Shown here: positions 37,711-50,174 of the stretch, in pieces
Position numbering within the stretch: the stretch's first letter is position 1
Layout of the letters: each line of letters opens with the position of its first letter
Source of the DNA: Squalus acanthias
Lineage: Eukaryota
DNA: 64,000 nucleotides
Assembly: GCA_030390025.1 (NCBI GenBank)
Contig: CM059432.1
Location: 79,796,001-79,860,000, forward strand
Direction of reading: 5' to 3'
Notes under the pieces: model-generated
Database searches by the model: none
What the model saw: only the letters and a program-made list of their open reading frames with translations
Told to the model about the DNA's origin: nothing
Made by a program: the position numbers and the translations under genes

Positions 37711-38325
37711 CCCGCTTAGGAAACTCCCAGAAACAGCAGGGACCCGACATAACTGGGTCTGCACCAGAGTTACGCTGGGAGACTGGCGGTACCCCCGTGG
37801 AATTCAGACAACACCTTTCAATTTGCTGCATGGTATCTCTTCCAGCGGCAGGCCGCTCACCAGCTCCTGCCGCTGGAAGAGATACCGTGCAGCAAATTTA
37901 ATGGGACCGCGCACGTTGGTGAGAGCAATGTGTTAAATTGGTAATTTTGAAACAGGCCAACTTGATTTACCTGGAGTCCTTGTGCTCCGGGATCCGCTCC
38001 CGTATCTAAGACAGCGATGAGAACCTCCCCTGCTGTCATATTCTGGGTACTGGGAGAGGAAAGATGCAGCGCTGCTCTCTTTCTTCAGTAAAAGAGTCAT
38101 TGAGATGAGCAGCCATGACTCGACTCAGACTAATGTGCAGCTTGAGCTCCGGCTCGCATTCTATTTTTGTCCCGTCCAGTGGGCCTGTGGGCTGTATTTT
38201 GCCTACCACTGGGCTAGAAGTTCCCCCACTTAGGAAACTCCCAGAAACAGCAGGGACCCGACATAACTGGGTCTGCGCCAGAGTTACGCCGGGAGACTGG
38301 CGTGGAATTCAGACAACACCTTTCA
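37711..38325. repeat. About 105-bp direct duplication enclosing a 33-bp-stem hairpin
   Basis: 37711-37820 is repeated at 38224-38325; stem 37820-37852 pairs with 37866-37898. Confidence 0.85.
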
Positions 38326-39275
38326 CCCAATTGCACCAATAAACAAAAATAGCATTTTATAACTCTCTGGAATTAAATCAAGCCGAGGACTAATTTTGAA
38401 TTAGTCGCTAAAATTCCTTCAGAGACCAGTTGAGACTAAAAACTTGCTGTGTTTTTTTTTAAAGTTCTGAGTAAACAATCTTCCAATCGATTTGATTGTG
38501 TCAATTCCGAGTCATGCTGCCAATGGCGTTATTTTATATATTTAAAGTATTTGTTATTGTGCATTTATCTGGAAAGTTTGCACAGATTTATGGAAACTGA
38601 ACTCAAACCGTAAGTAACTCGCCTTTTACGTTGCAGTGACGAAGCAGAAACTGAGGTTTTGGTGTGAATAACTTTGTTGATTTACAAGCTGCAGATAATG
38701 CAGTAAGTTTCTATTTCCCCGCAATCGGTTCAGACATTTCCGAGTCTGGTGCTGCAGATGCCGCTGTAAAGGCATCCTACACCGCACTTGAATTTTTTTA
38801 AGTTTGCAAAAATAAATCAACAATATGGCCTCCTTTCATTTAGTGCTCTTGACCTTTGTTACCTTAGCAGGTTCTGTCCCTCTGTTCATCCTCCATTTTA
38901 TCCCACATCCTAGAGGCTAAAGAAGAGTGTTTTTAAACTGTTCTATGATGTTCCTTTCACTGAATGAATTTATTTGTAATTACAATTAAAATAATTGATG
39001 CTTTATTTCAAATTTACTGTCACTATATTTAGATACTTTTATATTAGTGTGGAAGATGGGGTGGTAAATGTTTGTGATCCATTGTGAGGATAAAAAGGGT
39101 ATCAAGCAAAATCCCTTAATTTATTGACTCTTCCCACAACTAAGACAGAACTGTTAATTTTGGAATGACTTGTCTCCTAAGGGAGAATGACCGTTGTATT
39201 TTATTCTATTGCTTACTTTGGAATTTGTAACTAGAATGTTCTTTTTGTAACTCTTTTTTTTTCTATTATAAACAG

Positions 39276-39410
39276 ATTCAGCAACACGTGCTGAAATAAG
39301 ACAAGTGTTCCCAGACCCTCCAAATGATAGTAATACACTGGAGATTCAACAGGAGGCATTATTGAGAGAGCAGAAAAAGAAACTGGACATCATGAAGAGG
39401 AACAAAGCAG
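39276..39410 (+). CDS. CSPP1: CSPP1 exon (DSATRAEIRQVFPDPP...TLEIQQEALLREQKKKL...)
   Basis: Strong pyrimidine tract plus CAG, GTCAGA donor, 135 nt phase 1/1. TLEIQQxALLREQ motif. Confidence 0.93.
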
Positions 39411-39831
39411 GTCAGAGTGATACAACATTAAACAGTAATTTTAACATTTTCTTCAAATTGAGCGATGTGCAGTTTTAGTGAAGTTCTAAACTGCTTGTTT
39501 TATTTAAGTGGATGAAAATTTCAGTACTATATTTGCAAATTAATTTTGATTCTAAGGCTAAATTTTGCATTTAGCTAATTTTGATATATTCAAATATTGA
39601 GCCAAAAATTGCTGGAAAAATAACGGTAAGTTCACGGTGCCCGCCATTATTAATGTGTAAAAAAAGCCATCAATTTGTGGCAAGGAAGAGATACTCCATG
39701 AGTTGCGTATGTCCACAAATTGCTGCATGATTTGCGCCGCTGAACGGTTAGCCTCGCAAAAACAGGAGTTCGCTTCTGATGTGCTTCAGGGTTCCTTTCT
39801 CTTCATTACTTACCTGCTGCTCATTGGCAAT

Positions 39832-40220
39832 GTAAGCCATGGCTCAGTGGTAGCAATCTCACCTCTGAGTCAAATGTTGTGAGTTCAAGTCTCACTCCAG
39901 GGTCTTGAGCACATAATCTAGACTTGACACTTCAGTCAAATGCTGAGGGAATGCTGTACTGTCGGAGTTGCCAGCTTTTGGATGAGACGTTATACCAATG
40001 TCTGGTTATACGTCTGGTGGACGTAAAAATTCCCATAGTACTATATTGAAGAAGTTGCCTCAACCAACATCACTAAAAACAAGATTATCTGGTTATTATC
40101 TATTTGCTATTTGTGGGACCTTGCTGTGTGCAAATTGGCTGCTGCGTTTCGTACATTACAACAGTGACTGCACTTTCAAAGTATTTCATTGGCTGTAAAG
40201 TGCTTTGGGACATCCTTGGG
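39832..40220 (+). mobile_element. Deu-SINE (SacSINE1-like) with L2-type tail
   Basis: tRNA-like head (TGGCTCAGTGG ... GTTCAAGTC), Deu-type core, TGTAAAGTGCTTTGGGAC tail. Confidence 0.78.
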
Positions 40221-40229
40221 TCTTCCCAA

Positions 40230-41080
40230 GTTCGTCGTTCTTTCTAATCTGGAAGCATGGACTCAACGATCATGTGTATATTCTGTCCATCAACACCAAA
40301 GCTACCACTCCTCTCCAACTGCATATTTGACATTTAAGACCTGGACGAGGCAAAATCACCTCCAGCTGTCAAAATTAAAGCCATCATCTTCAAACTCTGA
40401 AATACCTAGATGACTCTGGCCTCGTCTCCATTAACCGCTCGGCTATTGCCTCACCCAGAGGTGTGGAAGCTTGATGTTCTCAATGCACCATCTTAGCTTC
40501 CTCCCCCACATCCGATCTGTCACTAAGATACCTTTCTTTCATCTCTGTCTTTTCCCCTATCTGTTGCTGAATCCCAAATCTATGTCTTTATCATCACCAG
40601 GTTGAACTTCTGCAATGCTCTCCTTGTTAACCTCCCTGCTGTTACCTGCAGTAAACCACAAATCATTTGGAACGTATGCCAACATTCTGACTCAGTAGTG
40701 TCCCCATTACCATTATCCCCATCCTTGCCAAGCTTCACTAGATCCCCATGTCCCAGAGAGTGAACTTTAAGATTGTTATCTTTGCCTTCAATTCAGCCAT
40801 TGTTACATCCATCCCTACCATGATCTCCTCCAGCTGTATGTCCCGACATATACCCTCTACTTCTCATTTTCTGCTCCCCAACATCGACAGCTCTTTCAGC
40901 CACTATGCTCCTGCTCTGTAGAACTCCATCCCTCAGTCATCCCTTTCCTGCCATGTAAAGAGCTTTCCCTTTGACTGTGCTTTCACCTCTCCTGTTCTAC
41001 TTCCTGATGATTACCTCCTGCCCTGAAACACACTGTTGAAATGCATCTCTGCACTTGAGTGCTATCGGTTGTTGTTGAGC
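40230..41080 (+). mobile_element. Old L2 LINE fragment
   Basis: Pyrimidine-rich and similar to the reverse complement of the other L2 copies (LHW.P...FKI region). Confidence 0.55.
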
Positions 41081-41963
41081 CGACAACTATATTTTCTTGG
41101 TATGATCTAGTACTCTCTTTGCAGTCTTTGCAAATTAACATTATGTTTTTTAAAAAAAACTGCCAGAGAAGTAATTTTAGGCATCATTTGAAATCAAGAT
41201 TGCAAATAATAATGAGTAGCCTTTCTTTAATTCTCTAAGTTGAAATCTAAATTGCTTGATAATGGCTTTGACGATTATACGCATAAACAAGTTTCTTATG
41301 GAAAAATATAATGCAATTTTACACCATTATTTTCCTGCTGTAATTCCTGTTTTGTAATCTTGTCAATTAAAATATGTCTACGAAAACTATTTTCTGTGAA
41401 TTGCTAGTGCTAAATATTTTGAAGTCAAACTTGACATTTGTAGAACTATTGAGCATTATTTCATTTATTTTCTGCGTTACAAATTAATTAGAAGTGCTTG
41501 CTTTTCAAATGGGAATGTAATCCCAGGAGTGAATTCATTCCTTTTATTACTAGCAAAATTAGATTTCCAGGAACAGCAGAGGAGGAGCTAGACAGTATGC
41601 AAATAATTTTTTTAATAAGGTGACGTGTTCTTAAAATAGATATTTGACCCAACTTGTACTGACAAAAATGTGAAGCTTTGGTATTTTTCTAAGCTTTCAA
41701 AATTCGGGGAAGATTCCTGAGCATTGGTAAATGGTTAATATAGTGCCAATAATTAATATAGAAATTTATAAAATCTTTAAACTACACACCAGTAGGCTGT
41801 AGTAGTGGATGTTTTGAAACAATCTTGACAGATTTAGTGGGTGAACACTTGGAACAAAATTATTTGTTTAAGGACAGTCAAAAGATTTAGGAAAGGGATA
41901 CTACTGGCATGACCTTTTGACAAGGTTCTACATGAGTGCTTAATGGCTAAATTGGGAATCATT

Positions 41964-42549
41964 GGGGGGAATTTTCCCAGCCCTGGGGAGGCAGGACTGC
42001 CGGGAAAATGGCAGAAACTGGGAGCGGGTACTGAACCCGCTCCCAACCCACCTCCGTGCCATCTTCCTGGGAGGCGCATCCCAGACTCGCTCAGGGACCT
42101 GTCTCCTCGAGGCGGGAAGGGGATTAGAGCCAATTAACTGCCTGTTAACAGGTAGTTAACAGGCAGTTTTGAGGCTTATCCCCATTTTACCCCTGCAAGT
42201 GCGGGCTTCCCAACGGCTGCGAACCTCGCCAGGGTCAGCGAGGCGAACAGTGGGTCTGCGGGGGTGAGAGGGAGCGAAAACCGCTGTGGAGGTAAGTGAT
42301 GGGTGCAAGTGTGGAGAGGTAAGTATGAGAGGTGAGTGTAAAGTGTTAGAAAAAGTTTACTTACCTTTGCTTCTTCCTGCAGGCTTCAACCCTTGGGGAT
42401 CAGGAGGTGCCTCATCTCAACGGCAGAGATGACAGAATGGCTGCTGCATTCTCAGATGCAGCAGCCATCTGATTGCTGCTGAGGAAAGAGGTTTTAGTGA
42501 GTCTTTGTGCAAGGGCTCACCTTAGAACAGAGATTGTCAGTGTTTGAAT
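41964..42549. mobile_element. Truncated inverted copy of the 18634-19468 MITE family
   Basis: GGGGGGAATTTT end; shares the AACTGCCTGTTAAC palindrome block with 19250-19350. Confidence 0.78.
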
Positions 42550-43335
42550 GGCCTGGCTCTGATTTTAAGGTTATGTCCCCTTGTCCTAGACTCCCTCACC
42601 AGCGGAAAAAGTTTATCTCTATCTACCCTATCAATTTCTTTCAAAGTCCTAAAATCCTGAATCAAATCACCCTTTAACCAGGGAATACAAGCCTTGTTTA
42701 TATAATCTCTACTCATAATCTAACCCTTGCAGCCCTGGTAACATTCTGGTAAATCTGTGCTGCACTCCTTCCAAGACCAATATTTCCTTCCTAAGGTGCC
42801 CAGAATTGTACACAGTATTTCAGATGTGGTCTAATCAGGGCTTTGTATAGCTGTAACAAAACTTCCTCCCCTTTATATTCTAGCCCTCTAGTTATAAAGG
42901 CTAAGATTCCATTAGCCTTTTTGATTTTTTTTTTGTACTTAACCGCTACATTTTAGTGATCTGTGTACATGGACCCCTAAATTTCTTTGAACCTCCACTG
43001 TTCCTATTTTTTCACCATTTTAAAAATACTCGGATCTATCCTTTTTTCGTCCAAAATGGATGACCTCACGCTTACCTGCATTGAAATCCATCAGCCTGCT
43101 CACTTTATCAATGTCTCTTTGTAATTTTATGCTCCCGTCTACACTACTTACTATGTTACCTATCTTTGTGTCACTGGCAAACCTGGATATATGGCTCTCT
43201 ATTGTGTTATCTAAGTCATTAATAAATGTATTGAATAGTTGAGGCCCCAGCATAGATCTTTGTGGGACACAACTAGGCACTTCCTTCCAATTCGAGTACA
43301 TACCTGTTCTCCCTACTCTCTGCTTTTACCGCCTA
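42550..43335 (-). mobile_element. CR1 RT fragment
   Basis: VPQRSMLGPQLFNTFINDLD...EVIHFG. Confidence 0.8.
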
Positions 43336-44710
43336 AACAATACAACAACTTGCATTTATATAGTGCCTTTAACATAGTAAAATGTCCTAAGGTGCTTCAG
43401 AAGAGTGTTCGTAAACAAAATTTGACACCAAGCTACATCATGAGATATTAGGACAGGTGACCAAAAGCTTGGTCAAAGAAGTAGGTTTTAAGGAGCATCT
43501 TAAAGGAGGAGGGAGAGCTGGAGAGGCTTAGGGAGGGAATTCCAGAGCCTAGGGCCCAAGCAGCTTAAGGCATAGCCACCAATGGTGAAGCAATGTGCAA
43601 GAGGCCAGACTTGGAGGAGCGCGCAGATCACGGATGGTTGTAGGGCTGGATAAGGTTACAGAGGTAGGAAGGGGTGAGGCCATGGAGGGATTTGAAAACC
43701 AGGATAAGAATTTTTAAATCGAGGCCTTACTGGACTGGGAGCCAATGTAGGTCAGGGAGCATAAGGGTGGTGGGTTAGCAGGACTTGGTGCGAGTTAGGC
43801 TACGGGGAGCAGAGTTTTGGATGAGTTCAAGCTTATGGAGGGTGGAAGATGGGAGGCCGGCAAGGAGAGCATTAGAATAGTCAAGTCTAGAGGTAACAAA
43901 GACATGGATTAGGGTTTTAGCAGCGGATGAGCTGAGGCAGGGGCTGCGATGGGCGATGCTACGGAGGTGGAAGTAGGCGGTCTTGGTGATCGAGCAGATA
44001 TGTGGTCGGAAGCGCATCTTAGGGTCAATATGTGGTTATGAACGGTCTGGTTCAGCCTCAGACAGTGTCCAGGGAGAGGGATGGAGTACGTGGCTAGGGA
44101 ACGGAGTTTGTTGCGAGGTTTGAAGACAATGGCTTCAGTCTTCCCAATATTTAGTTGGAGGAAATTTCTGCTCATCCAGGAATCGATGTCAGACAAGCAG
44201 CGTAACAAATCAGCCAGTGGAGGGACAAGAGAGGTGGTGGTGAGGTAGAGCTGAGTGTTGTCAGCATACAAATGGAATCTGATGTTTTTGGATGATGTCG
44301 CCGAGGGACAGCGTGTAAATGAGAAATAGGAGGGGCCAAGGATAGATCCTTGGGAGACTTCAGAGGTAACGGTGCGGGGGTGGGAAGAGAAGACATTGCA
44401 GGGGATTTTCTGGCTACGACTGGATAGAAAAGAATGGAACCTCACCAGGCCAGTCCCAGTCAGCTGGACAACGGAGGAGAGGTGTTGGTGTAGGATGATA
44501 TGGTCAATCGTGTCAAAGGCTGCAGAGAGGTCAAGAAAGATGAGGAGGGATAGTTTACCACGGTCATAGTCACATAGGATGTCATTTGTGACTTTGATTG
44601 GGGCCATTTCAGTACTGTGGCGTGGGTGGAAACCTGATTGGAGAGCTTCAAACATGGAGTTGCGGGAAAGATGGGCACGGATTTGGGAAGCGACAACACG
44701 TTCAAGTTTT
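43336..44710 (-). mobile_element. L2 LINE 3' portion with tail
   Basis: QSGFHPRHSTE, LDLSAAFDT, YADNTQLY and SRLDYSNALLAGLP motifs; L2 3' tail at 43340-43400. Confidence 0.9.
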
Positions 44711-45489
44711 CTGGTGCTTATCATTTGTGGTAGTGTGTTTAAGGTCTTTAGAGATGGATTGTGGAATCCATTTCTTCAGATTTACTAAATATTTGATAAG
44801 ATATAGGCCTATCAGTTATTTTAAGGTGACACTTGAGCTATAATTTCATCATGTTATTAACAGATACAAATACAAAACATTTAAACAGCTTAAATAGAAC
44901 TGCTACAATCTGTAATGGATACCTAGCAACAGCAGAACAATAAATTATATAACTTATGTTCTTCCTCTTTCATTTAGTCTTCATATACAAATAGAATATG
45001 CCATCATCCATAGAAGGGGAAAATCACCTAGCAACACTCCCACTCCAGTACACACGGCATTGATCCCGAACACATTTTTTTCTTGTTTCTGCAGTGATGA
45101 ATTTTGTTTACGGACATATAAATAAATAATTGTTTACCATTTTTTTGGTGTTCTCTGCTGTGTTAAATAGTTCTTAGCAGCCCTGTATACGTCTTTTATA
45201 AACTTTAGTAAAGTTTTTCTGCTTTTTGGCAACATTTTAGTTTTGTAAGTTGCAGATGCCATCATCTTGGCTAAGACTTACTTCACTTTTGCATTTCAGT
45301 AGCTGTCTACTGAGGCTCACCTAAGGTGGATCAATTCCATTTGATTCATCAGCCTCCATCTGATGCTAGCTTCTGGTTTCAAGATATCTTGAACATTGTG
45401 GAACCTTTCCAGTGAGCAATACCACAATTCCTGCTTACTTTTCCTTCCTCCCCCAATATTGCATGATATACCTGCTCCAAACAATGGGA

Positions 45490-46665
45490 GAGAGTAGACA
45501 ATGGTAATACAGTAGATGTAATTTATCTGGATTTTCAAAAGGCCTTCGATAAGGTAGCCCATAATAGACTGATGAACAAGGTCAGAGAATGCGGAGTCAG
45601 CGGACAAGTAGCAGAATGGATTGCTGGCTGGCTTCAGGACAGAAAGCAGAGAGTACGAGTAAAGGGTAGCTATTCACAGTGGCAGAAGGTGGGTAGTGGT
45701 GTTCCACAAGGATCAGTGCTGGGACCATTGCTGTTCACAATTTACATTAACAATTTAGACTTGGGAATCAAAAACACAATTTCTAAATTTGCGGATGACA
45801 TCAAATTGGGGGGGGGGTGGTCAATACTGAGGAGGACATCAATAAACTTGCAGAATGGGCATATAATTGGCAAATTAAGTTCAACACACATAAATGTGAG
45901 GTATTACATTTTGGTAGGAAGAATAGGGTGGGAGAGAGTCTAGGTGGGGTCGAGGAACAAAGGGATCTAGGAGTACAAATACACATCACTAAAGATTGCG
46001 ACACAGGTTAGCAAGGCATCAAGCATTGGGTTTATTTCTAGAGGTATAGAATTGAAAAGTAGGGAAGTTATGCTAAACCTGTATCGAACCTTGGTTAGAA
46101 CACACTTAGAGTACTGCGTACAGTTCTGGTCGCCATATTATAAAAAGGATATAGAGGCACTGGAGGAGGTGCAGAGAAGATTTACAAGGATGATACCAGA
46201 AATGAGAGGGTATACATATCCGGAAAGGATGAACAGGCTGGGTCTCTTTTCTCTTGAAAAAAGGCTGAGGGTTGACCTAATGGAGGTCTTTAAAATTATG
46301 AAAAATTTTGATAAGAGTGGAAACAGAGATAATGTTTCCTCTTGTGGGGAAGAACATAACTAGAGGCCATCAATATAAGATGGTCACCAAGAAATCCAAT
46401 AGGGAATTCAGAAGAAACTTCTTTACCCAAAGAGTGGTGAGAATGTGGAACTCGCTACCACAGGGAGTGGTTGAAGCGAATAGTATAGATGCATTTAAGG
46501 GGAGGCTAGACGAGCATATGAGGGAGAAGGGAATAGAGGGTTATGCTGATAGATTTAGATGAGGAAAGACGGGAGGAGGCTCGTGTGGAGCATAAACGCC
46601 AGCATGGACTGGTTGGGCCGAATGGCCTGTTTCTGTGCCGTATATCCTATGTAATCCTATGTAAC
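45490..46665 (+). mobile_element. CR1 RT and 3' fragment
   Basis: DFQKAFDKV, SGVPQGSVLGPLLF, HLEYCVQFWSP motifs and a (TCCTATGTAA)n tail. Confidence 0.88.
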
Positions 46666-46753
46666 TCAGCAAAGCAACTTACCTTGAATTTATTTTTGCT
46701 GGAAGGCTATTCTACCACAATTAATATCTAAATTCAGTTCTTCTAATCACAAT

Positions 46754-48811
46754 GGGCTGGATTTTGCCGGCGCTCGGGGCGGGTTTGGAGGCGGGTCAGG
46801 TGGGAAACTTGCAAAAAATGACGGTGGGTTCCGATTCCTCCGTCAGCCCACCTCCGTGCAACTTTCCCAAAGGTGGGCTTGCAGACTCCGTTTCGGTCCC
46901 GCCTCCAAGCGGCGGGATAGGCCCTTAAGGCACTTAACAATCACTTAACTACCTCTATAATCCGATTTTGAGAGGCCTTTCAAATTTTGCCACATTTTCA
47001 GTGTGCTGCACGGCTCTCCTAAAACACGCCAGCTAATCCTGTCGGGTTCACAAGTGGCTGGCTTCCTACCAGCCGCAGCTTCACCATAAAAATGGAGCTT
47101 TCAACAAGGATCAGTTGCAGGTGGCAGAACTTTATTTTTTCAGGTCTTGGAGAACTTTTTGCAGGTCTACTGATTTTGGAAGTGGTGAAGCTGAGATCCA
47201 TCTCCACTGTGACCTCTTGGGAAAACCCTCTCCCCACATTGACTGAGCGCTTCCTCAACTGAGGTATATACCAGCAGCATGGCAACCATTTATTTCCTTT
47301 CCTCCTGGACCTCCGATTCGGACGAAGAGCAGCCGCGGCAGCAGCAGAACTAGGAACAGCAGCAGCAACAACAGGCTCGCCAACCTGCTGCTCACCCACC
47401 TGATGGTGCACAGGGCAGATAGTGCCAGCACAGGGAAGCACGATGCCGCAGGAGATACCCCCAAAACAGGGTTTACAGGCTGAGGATGAGCTTCCTCAAC
47501 ATGAGTGAGCAGCAGTGCCAAATGAGGCTGAGAATTTCACGAGAGGTAGTCGGTGACATCTGCACAATGCTGCACCAACACCTGGAGCCCAGAGGAGTGG
47601 GTGGACACCCCTTACCAGTGGCTGTCAAAGTCACCACCACACTCAATTTTTTTGCTTCAGGCTCCTTCCAGGGATCATCAGCAGCATCTCCCAGTCGGCT
47701 GCACACACTTGCATCACGCAGGTTACCGACGCCCTCTTTGCAAAGGCCCACAATTACATTCACTTCTCGACGGATCAAGCAAGTATAACCGTGCGTGCGG
47801 TTGGCTTCCACTCCCTCAACATGCAGCTGGTGTGTAACCACAAGAAGGACATTTTGCATGTTTACGCCAAGTACCCTGGCAGTTGCCATGAATCGTTCAT
47901 CCTGCGGCAGTCTAGTGTGCCTCCGCTCTTCAATCTGCCAAACCAACTTTGCGGTGGCTACTTGGAGACAAGAGTTTGAGTGAGAATGATGGAGTGAGTG
48001 TAGAGAATCCAGAGCACAGATGCTTGGAAGGAGACAAAGATGGAGTGAGGTGCCAATACCAAGGGCCCTCCCTGTGTGTTATTAGTTGTTATTGCATAAC
48101 TGTGATGGGGAGTGTGAGGGCAGCATGGTCGAATAGTGAAGTGAGTGTGTACATAGAGAGAGAGGGATGGTTAAGGGTGCAAGGGATGTAAGGGTACAGT
48201 GGGATGTGTAGGAGTAGGTTGACAATGCAGAGTGCTGGTGATGAGAGAAGAAGGGGAGCAGAATGAGGGTCAAGGTGATGGTATACTCCGTTTTCTTAAT
48301 CGGACAAGGTCATTGAACCTCTTACGGCACTGCAGCCAGGTTCTGCTGCACATCGACCAAGAGCTCTCATCTCTTGTGAGTTGGAGCCACACAGCCTTTG
48401 TTTGTTGGGGAGGTTTTTTCCTCCCACATGAGGGGAAGAGCACCTCCTTGTGAGCTCTTACTTCCTCCACCAGAGCATGGAGGGAGTCATCATTGAACCT
48501 TGGGGAGGCCTTGGGCCTTGAGCTGGACATCTTTATAGCAGCAGAAAGTAACAGAGTTGTAAATCATCAAAAAGAGAGGCATAAAATGAACCAAGCTGCT
48601 TGGAGCCCTTAAATGCAGCTGGATAAGTGACGTCAGCAGAGGCGAGTTTCAGTCCCAAAAGACTAATTGGGCCAGAGGAACGCACACGTCTGGAATTAAT
48701 TGGCCAATTAGGGGAAAATTGCAAATTTTTCCCACCTGACCGGAGGCGGGATCGGGACCCGCCGATCACCTGACCCGCACCCAACCCGCCTCCAATGGGA
48801 AAATCGCAGCC
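46754..48811 (+). mobile_element. Internally deleted Harbinger, same family as 1633-5696
   Basis: TIRs GGGCTGGATTTT / AAAATCGCAGCC. The transposase 5' part is joined near 47971 to Myb intron 1; Myb exon 1 is at about 48290-48530 on -. Confidence 0.9.
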
Positions 48812-50174
48812 AGAGACTTTAACCTCTGGTTTTTCAGTATAAGTCCAGAAAAAAATTGGGTTCAAGCAAAGAATGCACTGAGAAATAAACCAGTAAAGAT
48901 ACATTGGTAAAGTACTGTTCCACACTAACTCATTTACTTGGAGTTCTGAGATTCACACAAACCCTTCCCGTATTAGAAAACTCCTACTTTTTTGTCCTAA
49001 AATGCACAGGCTGATTTTGACGCGGCGTTCTACTTATGCCTTAGCCAGCATTCCTCACTGAACCAATACCCTCAAAATTAAATTAAATGGTTGTATAATT
49101 TGCTGTTTGTGGGACCTTGCTATAAACAAAATGGCTGATGTATTTGCTTACATAAGAGAATGTCAGTTAGTTCTGAACCCTTTCCAATTTGAAAACAATC
49201 TCAAATAATTCAGGTGGCGGGTCTGGGAGACTGGCTGACAACTGTGGATATGAATGTTGCATACTTTGAAATAGTAATTTAAGAGTCCTACAGGAATGGA
49301 TCCACTTCCAAGGTAAAGTATCCCATTTATTTCACATCAGCCTCCTAGGTGTTCCTCAAATACCAATTCATTGGTGATGTTTCTTCAGTTGTTAACAATA
49401 CATCTGTCATTATCTCGACAACTAACTGTTAAGAATTCCTTCCCAGATGTCTAATTGGCATCCAGTCAACAGATTTCCAGACTAATGGGAAGACTAAACT
49501 TTATCTTAAGTTCAGGAAAATCCTAGCTACAACTAATAAAAGATCTATCCTTTACAAGAGTCTAATTTCAGACCACCTGGGATGTAGTTCAGATACTGTG
49601 GGCTATAATGGAGACACAGATCGACTCCATTTTCTTTATCTGACTTAGTTTTGCCAAATATTTCTCTCATGCTGAGCATTAAGGACTACCTCTGTAAGCG
49701 ATTCTCATTCTCTTTGAACAGAAGTGTCACCTTATATGTGCAATATCTGGTAATGTATTATTGGTCAGGGGTGAACAAAATACCCATGATACTGTAATTA
49801 TCTCAGTGAAATTGACATGAGACTTGGACTGTTCTGCTACCCTTGAGCTGTGCAACTTAAGTTATAAACTGTGAATCGGGTTTATTAAAACTAAAAATTA
49901 AACTATAGTTGAAAGTTAATAAAGTAGATTTCACTTGATTACAGAATTTTTAACTTGTACTTCCTTAGACACAAAACAAAATTAAAGCAGCATCACTTTG
50001 TTAGCACTCCTAACCCAGTATCTTAAACACAAACTTACATGTAGGATTAATCTATCCTCAGAGCCCTCATGTTTCTCTTGTATTCAGCTGAAGAACTACT
50101 TCCATAAGCGAGCCCTCAAACCCTTCAAACAGAACTGTCCCCATATCCATCTGTAGAATGGCTGCAATACAGTA

